Shown here one piece after another: positions 1 through 12,619 of a DNA stretch of 64,000 nt. The stretch comes from Mayamaea pseudoterrestris (Eukaryota). The translations under genes were made by a program, and so were the position numbers. How positions within the stretch are numbered: position 1 is the stretch's first letter; every line of letters begins with the position of its first letter. The notes beneath the pieces were generated by a model that saw only the letters and a program-made list of their open reading frames with translations, made no database searches and was not told where the DNA came from. The stretch is from the NCBI GenBank assembly GCA_027923505.1, contig BROI01000001.1, forward strand, positions 1,240,001 through 1,304,000, written 5' to 3'.

Positions 1-65
1 TTGTAACCACACAGGCACCACTGACATATCATCACTTTGAGCACTCTGGCCGTAAATTGTAACCA

Positions 66-2440
66 TGCCCAAAATGCACCGTAATAGTGCCAACATCATT
101 AATCAGGCTGCACTACAAGATGGTAGTCTTGGCTGTAGTCTCAGGGGATGGCAATGTATTTGGTGACAACTTGTCACCAGTCTCAGCCCGCAGATGCCGT
201 GACATTCAAACACCCCTACAGCAAGCCCTGTAGGTGCCCAAAATGCACCGTAATGGTGCCAACATGATTAATCAGGCTGCGCTACAAGATGGTAGTCTTG
301 GCTGTTGTCTCAGGGGATGGCAATGTATTTGGTGACAACTTGTCACCAGTCTCAGCCCGCAGATGCCGTGACATTCAAACGCCCCTACAGCAAGCCCTGT
401 AGGTGCCCAAAATGCACCAGAATGGTGCCAACATCATTATTCAGGCTGCGCTACAAGATGGTAGTCTTGGCTGGTGTCTCAGGGGATGGCAATGTATTTG
501 GTGACAACTTGTCACCAGTCTCAGCCCGCAGATGCTGTGACATTCAAATACCCCTAAAGCAAGCCCTGTAGGTGCCCAAAATGCACCAGAATGGTGCCAA
601 CATCATTATTTAAGCTGCGCTACAAGATAGTAGTCTTGGCTGGTGTCTCAGGGGATGGCAATGTATTTGGTGACAACTTGTCACCAGTCTCAGCCCGCAG
701 ATGCCGTGACATTCAAATACCCCTACAGCAAGCCCTGTAGGTGCCCAAAATGCACCAGAATGGTGCCAACATCATTATTAAGGCTGCGCTACAAGATGGT
801 AGTCTTGGCTGGTGTCTCAGGGGATGGCAATGTATTTGGTGACAACTTGTCACCAGTCTCAGCCCGCAGATGCCGTGACATTCAAATACCCCTAAAGCAA
901 GCCCTGTAGGTGCCCAAAATGCACCAGAATGGTGCCAACATCTTTATTCAGGCTGCGCTACAAGATGATAGGCTTGGCTGGTGTCTCAGGGGATGGCAAT
1001 GTATTTGGTGACAACTTGTCAACAGTCTCAGCCCGCAGATGCCGTGACATACAAACACCCCTACAGCAAGCCCTGTAGGTGCCCAAAATACACCAGAATG
1101 GTGCCAACATCCTTATTCAGGCTGCGCTACAAGATGGTAGTCTTGGCTGGTGTCTCAGGGGACGGCAATGTGTTTGGTGACAACTTGTCACCAGTCTCAG
1201 CCCGCAGATGCCGTGACATTCAAACACCCCTACAGCAAGCCCTGTAGGTGCCCAAAATACACCAGAATGGTGCCAACATCCTTATTCAGGCTGCGCTACA
1301 AGATGGTAGTCTTGGCTGGTGTCTCAGGGGACGGCAATGTGTTTGGTGACAACTTGTCACCAGTCTCAGCCCGCAGATGCCGTGACATTCAAACACCCCT
1401 ACAGCAAGCCCTGTAGGTGCCCAAAATACACCAGAATGGTGCCAGCAACACTGTTCTGGCTGCGCTACAAGATGGTAGTCTTGGCTGGTGTCTCAGGGGA
1501 TGGCAATGTATTTGGTGACAACTTGTCACCAGTCTTAGCCCACCGATGCCGTGACATTCAAACGCCTCTACAGCAAGCCCTGTAGGTGCCAAAAATACAC
1601 CAGAATGGTGACAACATCCTTATTCAGGCTGCGCTACAAGATGGTAGTCTTGGCTGGTGTCTCAGGGGATGGCAATGTATTTGGTGACAACTTGTCACCA
1701 GTCTCAGCCCGCAGATGCCATGAAATTCAAACGCCCCTACCGCAAGCCCTGTAGGTGCCCAAAATACACCAGAATGGTGTCAACATCATTAATCCGGCTG
1801 CGCTACAAGATGGTAGGCTTGGCTGGTGTCTCAGGGGATGGCAATGTATTTGGTGACAACTTGTCACCAGTCTCATCCCGTAGATGCCATGACATTCAAG
1901 CACCCCTACAGCAAGCCCTGTAGGTGCCCAAAATACACCAGAATGGTGCCAACATCCTTATTCAGGCGGCGCAATAATATGGTAGGCTTGGCTGGTGTCT
2001 CATGGGACGGCAATGTATTTGGTGACAACTTGTCACCAGTCTCAGCCCCCAGATGCCGTGAAATTCAAACGCCCCTACAGCAAGCCCTGTAGGTGCCCAA
2101 AATACTCCAGAATGGTGCCAACATCCTTTTTCAGGCTGTGCTACAAGATGGTAGGCTTGGCCGGTGTCTCAGGGGATGGCAATGTATTTGGTGACAAATT
2201 GTCACCAGTCTCAGCCCATAGATGCCATGACATTCAAACACCCCTACAGCAAGCCCTGTAGGTGCCCAAAATACACCAGATTGGTGCCAACATCATTGCT
2301 CAAGTTGCGCTACAAGATGGTTGGCTTGACTGGTGTTGTCAGGGGATGGCAAGGTATTTGGTGACAACTTGTCACCAGTCTCAGCCCGCAGATGCCGTGA
2401 CATTCAAGCACCCCTACAGCAAGCCCTGTTGGTGCCCAAA
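66..2440. repeat. Satellite A: ~14 tandem 169-bp monomers
   Basis: Near-identical ORFs recur at 981, 1150, 1319 and 1657, 1826, 1995, 2164 (169-bp period). Monomers carry the dyad TGGTGACAA-C-TTGTCACCA. Confidence 0.97.
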
Positions 2441-2980
2441 ATCATATCCAGGACTTGTTTTGCCTGACGCATTGGGTATTTGGGTGGCCAGGGCATGGGG
2501 CGTTTGACAGGTAAGAATTTACAACTTGTGGTGCTGGCCATACCCACAGTGGAGGCCATACCCATGGTGTCAGCCTCCAGGCAGTCCTTTTTGCACCATT
2601 GGAGACTCTGCACCGGTCAATGGCATACCCTGGACATGGTTTGCCTGAATCATTGAGTTTTTGGGTGGCCAGGGCATGGGGCGTTTGACAGGGAAGAATC
2701 TGCAACTTGTGGTGTTGGCCATACCCACAGTGGAGGCCATACCCATGGTGTCAGCCTCCAGGCAGTCCTTTTTGCTCCATTTGAGACACTGCACCTGTCA
2801 ATGGCATACCCTGGACAGATTTTGCCTGACTCATTGGGTTGTTGGGTGGCCAGGGCATGGGGCGTTTGACAGGTCAGAATCTACAACTTGTGGTGTTGGC
2901 CATACCCACAGTGGAGGCCGTACCCATGGTGTCAGCCTCCAGGCAGTCCTTTTTGTACCCACAGTGGAGGCCGTACAGGA
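2441..2980. repeat. Satellite B: ~3 monomers of ~181 bp
   Basis: TTGGGTGGCCAGGGCATGGGGCGTTTGACAGG recurs at ~2480, ~2662 and ~2843. Confidence 0.93.
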
Positions 2981-4160
2981 ATCATCAGCATTGCCCGCTG
3001 AGCCCTCCTATTTTTTCAAATCATGTTTGTTGTCAATGATGGGCCAAAAGTTTGTCAGTTGCACCTCAGCATCCATCACCATGTATACCACAGTGAGAAT
3101 GAACAGATCCAACACCTTGATGGATCTGTTAGCAGTGCACCTCAAGTGGCAAGTGATACTTCCAAAAGTTCCTGCAGGCCCCATAATACAACCATTATGG
3201 ACTTGAACAATAAATGGGACGCATAGACATGTCCATATGGGTGTGGAAGCCAGCACTATGCCCTGAGACTCAACACGTTCAACCAATGATTGAATGTGCC
3301 AGCCCAGCTCCCTTTTTAGCCACAGGGATCATCAGCATTGCCCGCAGAGCCCTCCAATTTCTTTCAAATCATGATCATTGTCAATGATGGGCCATAAGTT
3401 CATCAGTTGCACCTCAGCATCCATCACCATGTATGCCACAGTGAGACTGAACAGATCCAACAACTTGATGGATCTGTTAGCGGTGCACCTCAAGTGGCAA
3501 GTGAGACTTCCAAAATTGCCTGCAGACCCCATAATACAACCAATATGGACCTGAACAATGAATGGGACTCATAAACAAGTCCATTTGGGTGTGGAAGCCA
3601 TCACCATGCCCTGAGACTCCGCACATTCAACCAATGGTTGAATGTGCCAGCCCTGCTTCCTTTTTGGCAGATGGGATCATCAGCATTGCCTGCTGAGCCC
3701 TCCAATTTCTTTCAAATCATGTTTGTTGTCAATGATGGGCCATAAGTTCATCAGTTGCACCTCAGCATCCTTCACCATGTATGCCACAGTGAGACTGAAC
3801 AGATCCAACTCCTTGATGCATCTGGTAGTGGTGCACCTCAAGTGGCAAGTGATACTTCCAAAATAGCCTGCAGACCCAATAATACAATCAATATGGACTG
3901 AACAATGAATGGGACTCATAGACATGTCCATTTGGGTGTGGAAGCCATCACCATGCCCTGAGACTCCGCACATTCAACCAATGGTTGAATGTGCCAGCCC
4001 TGCTTCCTTTTTGGCAGATGGGATCATCAGCATTGCCTGCTGAGCCCTCCAATTTCTTTCAAATCATGTTTGTTGTCAATGATGGGCCATAAGTTTGTCA
4101 GTTGCACTTCAGCATCCATCACTATGTATGCCACAGTGAGACTGAACAGATCCAACAACT
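2981..4160. repeat. Satellite C: ~3.4 monomers of 347-348 bp
   Basis: ATCATCAGCATTGCC at 2981, 3328, 3676 and 4023; internal hairpins CACATTCAACC-AAT-GGTTGAATGTG and ACAGATCCA...TGGATCTGT. Confidence 0.93.
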
Positions 4161-5460
4161 AAGCCCTGTAGGTGCCCAAAATACACCAGAATGGTGTCAA
4201 CATCATTAATCCGGCTGCGCTACAAGATGGTAGGCTTGGCTGGTGTCTCAGGGGATGGCAATGTATTTGGTGACAACTTGTCACCAGTCTCATCCCGTAG
4301 ATGCCGTGACATTCAAGCACCCCTACAGCAAGCCCTGTAGGTGCCCAAAATACACCAGAATGGTGCCACCATCCTTATTCAGGCGGCACAATAATATGGT
4401 AGGCTTGGCTGGTGTCTCATGGGACGGCAATGTATTTGGTGACAACTTGTCACCAGTCTCAGCCCCCAGATGCCGTGAAATTCAAACGCCCCTACAGCAA
4501 GCCCTGTAGGTGCCCAAAATACTCCAGAATGGTGCCAACAACCTTTTTCAGGCTGTGCTACAAGATGGTAGGCTTGGCTGGTGTCTCAGGGGATGGCAAT
4601 GTATTTGGTGACAAATTGTCACCAGTCTCAGCCCATAGATGCCATGACATTCAAACTCCCCTACAGCAAGCCCTGTAGGTGCCTAAAATACACCAGATTG
4701 GTGCCAACATCATTGCTCAAGCTGCGCTACAAGATGGTTGGCTTGACTGGTGTTGTCAGGGGATGGCAAGGTATTTGGTGACAACTTGTCACCAGTCTCA
4801 GCCCGCAGATGCCGTGACATTCAAGCACCCCTACAGCAAGCCCTGTTGGTGCCCAAAATCATATCCAGGACATTTGCCTGACGCATTGGGTATTTGGGTG
4901 GCCAGGGCATGGGGCGTTTGACAGGTAAGAATTTACAACTTGTGGTGCTGGCCATACCCACAGTGGAGGCCATACCCATGGTGTCAGCCTCCAGGCAGTC
5001 CTTTTTGCACCATTGGAGACTCTGCACCTGTTAATGGCATACCCTGGACATGTTTTGCCTGACTCATTGGGTATTTGGGTGGCCAGGGCATGGGGCGTTT
5101 GACAGGTCAGAATCTACAACTTGTGGTGTTGGCCATACCCACTGTGGAAGCCGTACCCATGGTGTCAGCCTCCAGGCAGTCCTTTTTGCACTCTGCACCT
5201 GTCAATGCCATACCCTGGACATGTTTGGCCTGACTCATTGGGTATTTGGGTGGCCAGGGCATGGGGCATTTGACAGGTCAGAATCGACAACTTGTGGTGT
5301 TGGCCATACCCACCGTGGAGGCCGTACCCATGGTGTCAGCCTCCAGGCAGTCCTTTTTGCACCATTTGAGACTCTGCACCTGTCAATGGCATACCCTGGA
5401 CAGATTTTGTCTAACTCATTGGGTTGTTGTGTCATTAGTGCATGGGGCATCTGACAGGTA
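4161..5460. repeat. Second A(4)+B(3) block; higher-order duplicate of the block starting ~1744
   Basis: ORFs at 1826/1995/2164/2262 recur at 4243/4412/4581/4679 (offset 2417) with the same monomer-specific variants. Confidence 0.92.
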
Positions 5461-5533
5461 AGATCTGAAACTTGTTGATTTTTTGCACCTCTCTCACCAC
5501 AAGTTATCCCCAAGCATAGCTGAACAGGATTAA

Positions 5534-5605
5534 TGGATGCCATGGAGGGCTTCACAACGCCAAATGAACATATGGACCAAGGTTTTGGCCATGCAGGTGC
5601 TTATA
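5534..5605 (-). repeat. Partial inverted copy of satellite D
   Basis: TGGATGCCATGGAGGG...CCAAATGAACATATGG...TTTGGCCATGCAGGTGCT is the reverse complement of the D monomer at 42190-42910. Confidence 0.85.
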
Positions 5606-5799
5606 AGGTTGTATGCCTTGTACAAGCATATGTATCATAAAAAAATTGAGTTATGATTCTTTGAGAAATTAATCTTCCTTGTAAAAGAATTCCTTACAAT
5701 CAAAAGTATAACTAGTAATATTGTATAGTGCCAAGTTGCTTACCGCCACTCATGACTAGTCTGGCCTGCGGCTTATAGTTGCTCCACTTGATGTGCCTC

Positions 5800-6400
5800 T
5801 GACCAGCTGCGAATCTAATCAACAGCTTTAAAACTTGGACCATGTTTTCTGGGGTGTGACTATTCTTTTCAGCCTCTCAACTTCCGCTGAACAAGGAGCA
5901 ATACAGAATGATCCCATTCCATAATCAGCTTGTTGAGCAAGGCAACTTCTAGATAGTCAATGCACAAAGTCTTTTATGCCTGAAGCAAAGGCTGGAAATG
6001 AATCATCTTGGCCTGCAGTTTGCCAAGGGGTGCCGTGACAATGATCTGATGCGCTCACAATCTACTTGTTGCTCCACCTTTGTCAAATGTGACTGTGCAA
6101 ATGTTGTTGCTGATACAGTCAATTGTGCTCACTGTGACCCAGGTTGGATATTGCTTTGTGTAGTGGCAGCGAATGATCCAATCATGCTCATGTACCCATC
6201 AACCAAAACTGCACTTCCTCCATGAAATGACTCATCCTTGTTCCACCACCATGTTGACAAGTCTTCCAGTGAAGCAGCATATTCTTGCGCTATTTTCATA
6301 TCCAGCATATATTCCAGTGCACGTTGACCATCAGCATTTAACTTGTAACATTTGATGAACACGTCCGTTGTTGCTTGCGGCAAGACACTGGTTTCTGTAT
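5800..6400 (-). pseudogene. Decayed flavin-containing amine oxidase fragment (polyamine/monoamine oxidase family)
   Basis: Minus-strand translation gives EYAASLEDLSTWWWNKDESFHGGSAVLVDGY, then AHQIIVTAPLGKLQAKMIHFQPLLQA*KTLCIDYLEVALLNKLIM. These match amine-oxidase motifs (EY..L..LS...W..D..F.GG; VIVTVPLGVLK..I.F.P.LP...LNK) but contain stops. Boundaries approximate. Confidence 0.75.
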
Positions 6401-7365
6401 GTTCTTGTTCGTGGCGCTGAAAGGGATATTACCCATCACAAAAGCTTGCCGGCTGAGCGTATCACATGTTCAGTGAGTGAGCCTTGCACATGTTAGTGGC
6501 TTAAATCACCATCAATGTGTTGTTGCTGGTTTTCCAGTGAGTGGCTGGGGGATTTATTTAGGGTTCTAGGTACTGGTAGTGAAATGTCCTCTGATTAGGG
6601 TGTTTGGGCCACCAAGCATATGAATCTTCAAGGTAGAGCCATTCATGATAGGAAAATCTGAGTCGGCAACACTTGGAGGCATCATTCGCTGGCTGTTAAA
6701 GTGATTTGAAGATACTTGTATCATAGCTATAAGCTGTACTCGTACATAACTGTAGTCGTTGACGCGACGAATCTATGACGCCAGACCTGTTCCGCACGAG
6801 AAACGACTCCGAGTCACGTGAACGCCATCATGTCCGTTTACTCTGTTATAGCCCCTTCAAATCGTTGTCAGCGGCAGTAGTTTGATTGGTCGTCATGCGT
6901 CGCTGCAAAACATCTTTGTACTTGTCGCACGACAGTCATTGGAAGCAAGAAAATTCTCATGACGTATCAAGCGAAGGCTAATTTTGAAGAACACGCTATC
7001 TCGGAGAAACTGCATTTTGGCGTCACGAAGATGAATTGCATGTACACTTTGATGCAGTCTGCTTGAGAGTCATTCTATCAATGGTCATTTGGAACAACTT
7101 GGTGCGGAGAATATCATGACTGGCGCTCGCATCCATGCAGCAAGTGCCTGTTGGCGGACGCACAACGTATGCGTCTCCATAAATCGCTCGTCGGTTGAAC
7201 CAGCGTGCAGCTTCAAGCCAAGTTGTGTGCGTGCCATTGCCGCACAGCCTCGTTGGACATCAAGTTGAGGTACGATTGGAGAAGGACTCCTTCGTCGGAA
7301 ATACCGTCTGTATCTTGCGCGCGTGTCTTTGAAGCTAAGAGTTGTTATTAGCGATTCAATTGACC

Positions 7366-9892
7366 ATGGCCGCAGCTGCTGATCCCGTCCAATCTGGAGC
7401 GTAAGTTTATTGAAAATGATGATTGTTTGACAAAGCGAAGCTAGCTGCTGTCACTGCTGCTGCTGCTTGACTGCAGTACTGCAGTATCGTCCTCTTGATG
7501 GATCATGTCTTTCACTGCTTGTCATTGGTCCACTAGATACAACATACTCACCATGATTCTCTGTCTTCTACCCTTTCTACTGCATTCTACAGCATGAGTT
7601 CTCTTGTGCTGCAGGCTGCTCAATCTGCAGCCGCCGCCGATGGTTTGGTGCCTCCTCCATCCATGGCGAACGTGGGAGGATCCTCTGGAGCAGGAGCAGC
7701 AGTTCGAAATACTCCAAATCCTCCCGCTTCCTCCGCACCAGCCGCGGCGCGCAGCAACGCCAAGAGCAATAACAATAGCGGCTCCTGCTTGCGGCGCGGC
7801 AAGTGGACACCGGAGGAGGAAGCCTACGCCAATCGACTCATTCACGAGTTCAAATCCGGCTTGCTGCCGCTGACGGACGGAACGACGCTGCGGACATTTC
7901 TGAGCAAGCTGCTGAACTGCGATCCCATGCGCATCTCCAAAAAGTTTGTCGGAAGCAACTGCATCGGCAAGCAAGTCTTTCGAAGGCGCAACGCTGATCT
8001 TGCGCGACTGGCGCCGGAGCAGATTCAGCAGTCGAGATCGGAACTGTCAGAGTGAGTATATGATGTTTGTGTATATGTGTAGGAGAAGATTGCAGCATGT
8101 AAAAGAAGGGAGAGTGAATGGATGGAGTAATGAATGAATGGATTGATGCAGTGACTCATGCCGTGCCGACTCACATCATATTTTCCTTCTTCCATTCATG
8201 CATTGTTATTGTTACTGCAGATTGGAGCGACGATTCCTGGAGCGAGTCTCGCAGACGAATCGAGTCAAGAGCAGCGGCGTCGGCGGAGGAGGAAACAACA
8301 ATGCAAACAGTAACAACAATAATCAGGCGAATCACAATCACGCCAACAACATGAACAACATGGCGGCGCCAAATCATGCGCATGACTCATCCAATCAGCA
8401 ACCCGACTACATGAACAGTTTTGGAAACGTCAATCACAACAACAATCAGCAGCATCAGCTTCACAGAAACGCAAACGATCCACCGACTCCACCATGGCTC
8501 AAACCTCCCATGGGTTACAAGCATGGACAGGGACAAGTGTTTGCGCAGACTCATCTGTCGGGCGCCAATGCACGAGCGGCGGCGGCCGGAAGAGCCATGC
8601 TGGAAGGTTTGTCGAGCAGTCAGTTGCAGTCGGCACTGGGACAGCGCAAGGCAAGTACCGACTTTTCCGACTTGTTGCTGCAAGACTTGCAGCAGCGAGC
8701 GAGTCAGCAGAATCTATTTGACGCGGCCAACAGTGGCAACGCCGCGGCGGCGGCGGGACTCTTTGCGGCGGCTGCGGCAAGGCGCGAAGGGTTGGCGCAA
8801 CTGGCGGCGCAGAATCAGGGGCGACAGCTGGGCGGCGGCGGAAGTAGCAACAATAATTCATCGTCACTCAACGATTTAATGCTCAAGGCGGGTCTCTCGC
8901 GCGACCAATTGTCGCAACTGGCACGGGATCGAGGTTTGTCGTCCAACAATTCGCTGTCGCACATGATGAATCGGCAAAACTCGTTTGACGCCTTGATGAG
9001 TTTGGATTACCAGTCGCTCCAGTCGATTGACAATCTTGCGAATTTGATGCAGAACAGTCACGGCGGTAATGCGAATCATCATTCGCACCATGCATTGCAC
9101 AATCACTTTCCCGATTCCGGCATGAAGAATGCCGACTTTGGAGGTGTCACGTCAAACTCGTTTGCGGCAGCGGCGGCTAGTAACGGAGACTTGTCGTCGG
9201 CGGCGAGGCGATTGGCGAGCGCTGGTAGAATGGAGAGTTTGTTAAAGAATATCAGTCATTCCAATGTTCGCGACAATGGAGCCAGTAACAACTCGAATGC
9301 AACCTTGAGCAACTTGCTGCAGAGTGCGGGTGGCAACCTGAGTGCAGCTTCGCTTTTCAACGCGGCGAATAGTGCGTCGGCGGCTAGCTTGGCCAACTTG
9401 CTGCGGCAAGACTCGAGCACTGGACTGTCGGCACTGCGCATGCAGGAGGGTTTCAACCATCGCAACACGTCCGTGGACGATTTTCTAAGTCTCGTGGCGG
9501 CTGGCGACATTCCTCACCAAGATCCAAACCTGCTTAACGTTCCATTGCTCCATCAGCAGCAACAACAAGCCAATGGCGGAAGCAATGGCGCTGGATCAGT
9601 CAATGCGGAAACGGCCAAGTTTCTGGCGCAGCATCAACACTTGCTTTCGTCTGGCATGAGCAACTCGGCGCTGGCGAATGCACTTGCGTCGAGAGGATCC
9701 TTTGCAATGCAGCAGCAGCAGCAGCAATCGTCAAGCAATAACGGCAATGGCAACATCAATTCACACGCTGCAACCTCGTTTGCCTTGGCTCAGGCTCGGG
9801 CGAACGATGCGGCCAAGCGTAAATTGGACGACTTGTCGGGCGAGTTGGAACAGCAGCAACAACACAACGGCGCGAAGCAGTCATCCGTTTAG
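7366..9892 (+). CDS. Stramenopile Myb/SANT-like domain protein with N/Q/A-rich tail; putative transcription regulator (exons 7366-7400, 7593-8051, 8221-9892)
   Basis: LRRGKWTPEEEAYANRLIHEFKSGLLPLTDGTTLRTFLSKLLNCDPMRISKKF. Two GT-AG introns join the three exons in frame. Confidence 0.85.
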
Positions 9893-10390
9893 TGAAGTGG
9901 TTGCGGTGTATATGGAGTTTCGTTAAATTCGTTTATAGTCTACATGTTAATCGAAATACAAGTACTGCAATGATACGTACATATACCCACCTTTGAACTC
10001 CTTATAAGCATCGATTCATTCTTGCGCCATTGTGTACATTCGAGATGTGACCCATTCCACAAATGACACGGAAATTAAAAGTCGTCGTGTCGGTATCGTC
10101 TACATCATCTTCATTTTGAAACATACTCGTATGCAGCGAGCAGCTGGCGCTAAATCAAAGCGCGTTTCCTCGGCCTTTTTTCAGTATCTGCCAGTACTTT
10201 CGACAGCGCAAATGACCACTTCAAGGCTTTAGTGATCAGCCTTGCTATCGAATCGCCTCGTAACGATGTGGTCATTAAGAAGTACAAGATGGTTTGGTCC
10301 GTCCTATGCATGAATGCCTCACTTCGTCTGATACGCGTGTTTGATAATCTACCGGTATATGCAAGCTATGACATGCCGCAATAATCGTTA

Positions 10391-12417
10391 TCACGGGCTA
10401 CTTATTCCAGCGCTTCCCGTCTTCCCATTGTGATTTCGTGTACTGTGTGACGTGTAATGCAGCTGTTGCTGTTGTATACTGCTGCTTCTGCCCGCAAATG
10501 CGCTGCCTCCACCAACAATGCCCCCTGGACCCAAGGCAGCTGTTTGCTGTGTCGTTCGAGCCGCAGCTGGCAGTGCAGAGTAGTAATCGACCTGATGAAT
10601 CTTGACAGCCCGATGTATTGCCATCAACACGCGTTGACGATTGTCCAAGCATTCCTGTGTCATGGTAGGCGCAATGTGAAAGTGAGCATGAACGTCCACC
10701 ACCAAATGGTCCTCTTTCAGATTGGTCCAGTGCGCCTGCAAGGATTCGTCGGCAATGACGGTGGGGCAGGCGAGTCGTATCTCGTCCTTGATAGCCTTCA
10801 TGAGCGCAGGTAGCTTGTAAGCGTCCTTTTGGTTGAACCGGAGCGTCTGATGGACGTGTGAAAAGCTAGCGCGCGACAGGTTGTTTACGAATTGTCGACC
10901 AAGCTCTTGGTTGGGAATGGAAACCAAGCGATTGTCAGTGCCACAAATGGTAGTGTCTGTCCAGCCAATCCTTTCCACAACGCCCTGGAACGTCGTTGCG
11001 TCCTCGTCACTGCTTCCGACGACTAGCTGGACTACATCTCCTTGTCGTATTCGATCCGAGGTAGCAAGCCTGCGATCGAGAAGAAATGTAGAGAAGGGTG
11101 AGTGGTTGCAACAAACTAATACCGGCGTTGACTACTTGATCGGTTTCGTATAACTTACATTATACCGCTCCATATTTGCTGGAGAACCTCGTGCAACGAA
11201 ACAGCTCCCAGCAGACCTATAAAAATGGTTCCAAGCACCACTGCTGCCGTCAAACTGTTTGGAACTAATAATGCAGTCATTGGCGGCATGGCCGTCACGC
11301 TCCAAAAAAGCCATCCAAAGGCCGCCGTCGCGTATACAAACATGCTTGCCACTTGCTCCAAACGCAGACTAGCCAGCAAGTCCATTGGTCGTTGCCTCTG
11401 CTTCTCATGCGAGTAGTTGTCCGTGTTTAGTAGTCGCTGGAGGAATCGCCGCCGCACATACCACTGAGCAAGCAGCGACGTTTTGCGCGTCACCCATGCC
11501 GCATAGAGCGTCGTGCAAACAAACTGCGACGGGGATCGAGTCAACGTTGACGCAGATACAGTGTCAACGTATCCCAATCCAATGGCAAGCATTTGCACAA
11601 AGTCAATGGCGTGAACCACCAAGGCAATCTGAGCGAGTTGCTGTATGTAGCGAGCAATGAGAATCGCAAGTGGGAGTTTTCGGTCTTGTTGTAGTTTTGA
11701 CAGTGAATCATCATTGTAGTCTTGCTGCAGCTGCTGCTGCGTCGGTTCGAACGAAACATGATCAATGTTGCTGTAAGCATACTCGCTGGCAGCACCTGAC
11801 GCTACATTCTCTGACGGCGGCAACGGCATGATCAGTTTGACTGCAGGAACCAGCAAGTATCCAAGCATAGTCAGTAGTATGACATCCTTGTATGATATAC
11901 TCGTGGCTTCCGAAATGCATTTCCAAACCAAGTAAAGCTCCTGCTTGGAAACGACTCGGGACATGTTTCGTCGCAGTCGCGAGAAGCGGCCGGCGAGCGC
12001 CGATGTTTCCTTCATGCGAGTCGTCAAGTCTTGCACCAATTGGCGAATTATCGCAGCGTCGTCTTCGGATAGCGACGGCGGAGTGTATTGCTGTTGCTGG
12101 TAATGCTGCTGATTATGCTGCTGATTATGCTGGTTGAAATCTGATGGCGTTGGAGAAGCTCCTCGCGGTTTGGATGGAGGAGAATCGGATGAGGAAGCTG
12201 CTGCAGCAGAAACCGCTAATCCCCTCATCAGACATGTCATAATCATTATCAGCAGAGATTGATAAAGTAAGCGTCTGCTTCTCCTCCTTATTCTTGGTCG
12301 AGGTGCATGCCGCTGCCGATGGCGGCTGCGATGGGCGTCTATATCCGTCAGTCCGTTGTCGTCATCGTCGTAAACGATTGCAGCTTGCAGTAACAAGATA
12401 CTCCGTCGTATTGTCAT
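10391..12417 (-). CDS. MscS-family mechanosensitive channel (exons 12417-11159, 11069-10391; start uncertain)
   Basis: Hydrophobic TM segments, then after splicing SGIMLATSDRIRQGDVVQL...GVVERIGWTDTTICGTDNRLVSIPNQELGRQFVNNLSR, the MscS beta-domain pattern. Confidence 0.82.
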
Positions 12418-12619
12418 ATTATTATGCAGCAGATTGAGTTGTTCAGCGCCTTGTAGTCGAAAGAGCCTTTTGCCATGGTGGCGATGGTTCTCGGCTCGCC
12501 ACAAATTCAAAAACGTCGCTCGCAAGAACAAGTGTCTTAGCGGTTATCCAGAGAAGTGTCTTAGCGGTTATCGTGTGCCGTCCGAGCGCCCAATTGGCGA
12601 TCACTTTAGTGCAGTAGTA

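Noticed and set aside
305..4921. Repeated 88-aa ORFs as a peptide gene family
   Set aside because: They are by-products of a 169-bp (non-triplet) monomer shifting frame; many start at GTG/TTG and no domain is recognisable.
66..5460. CRISPR-like array
   Set aside because: Monomers are homologous along their whole length with no unique spacers; there are no cas genes and the context is eukaryotic.
6550..6610. Telomere-like TTAGGG
   Set aside because: Only isolated, non-tandem matches.
12531..12572. Direct repeat AGTGTCTTAGCGGTTATC x2
   Set aside because: A single short tandem duplication with no supportable function.
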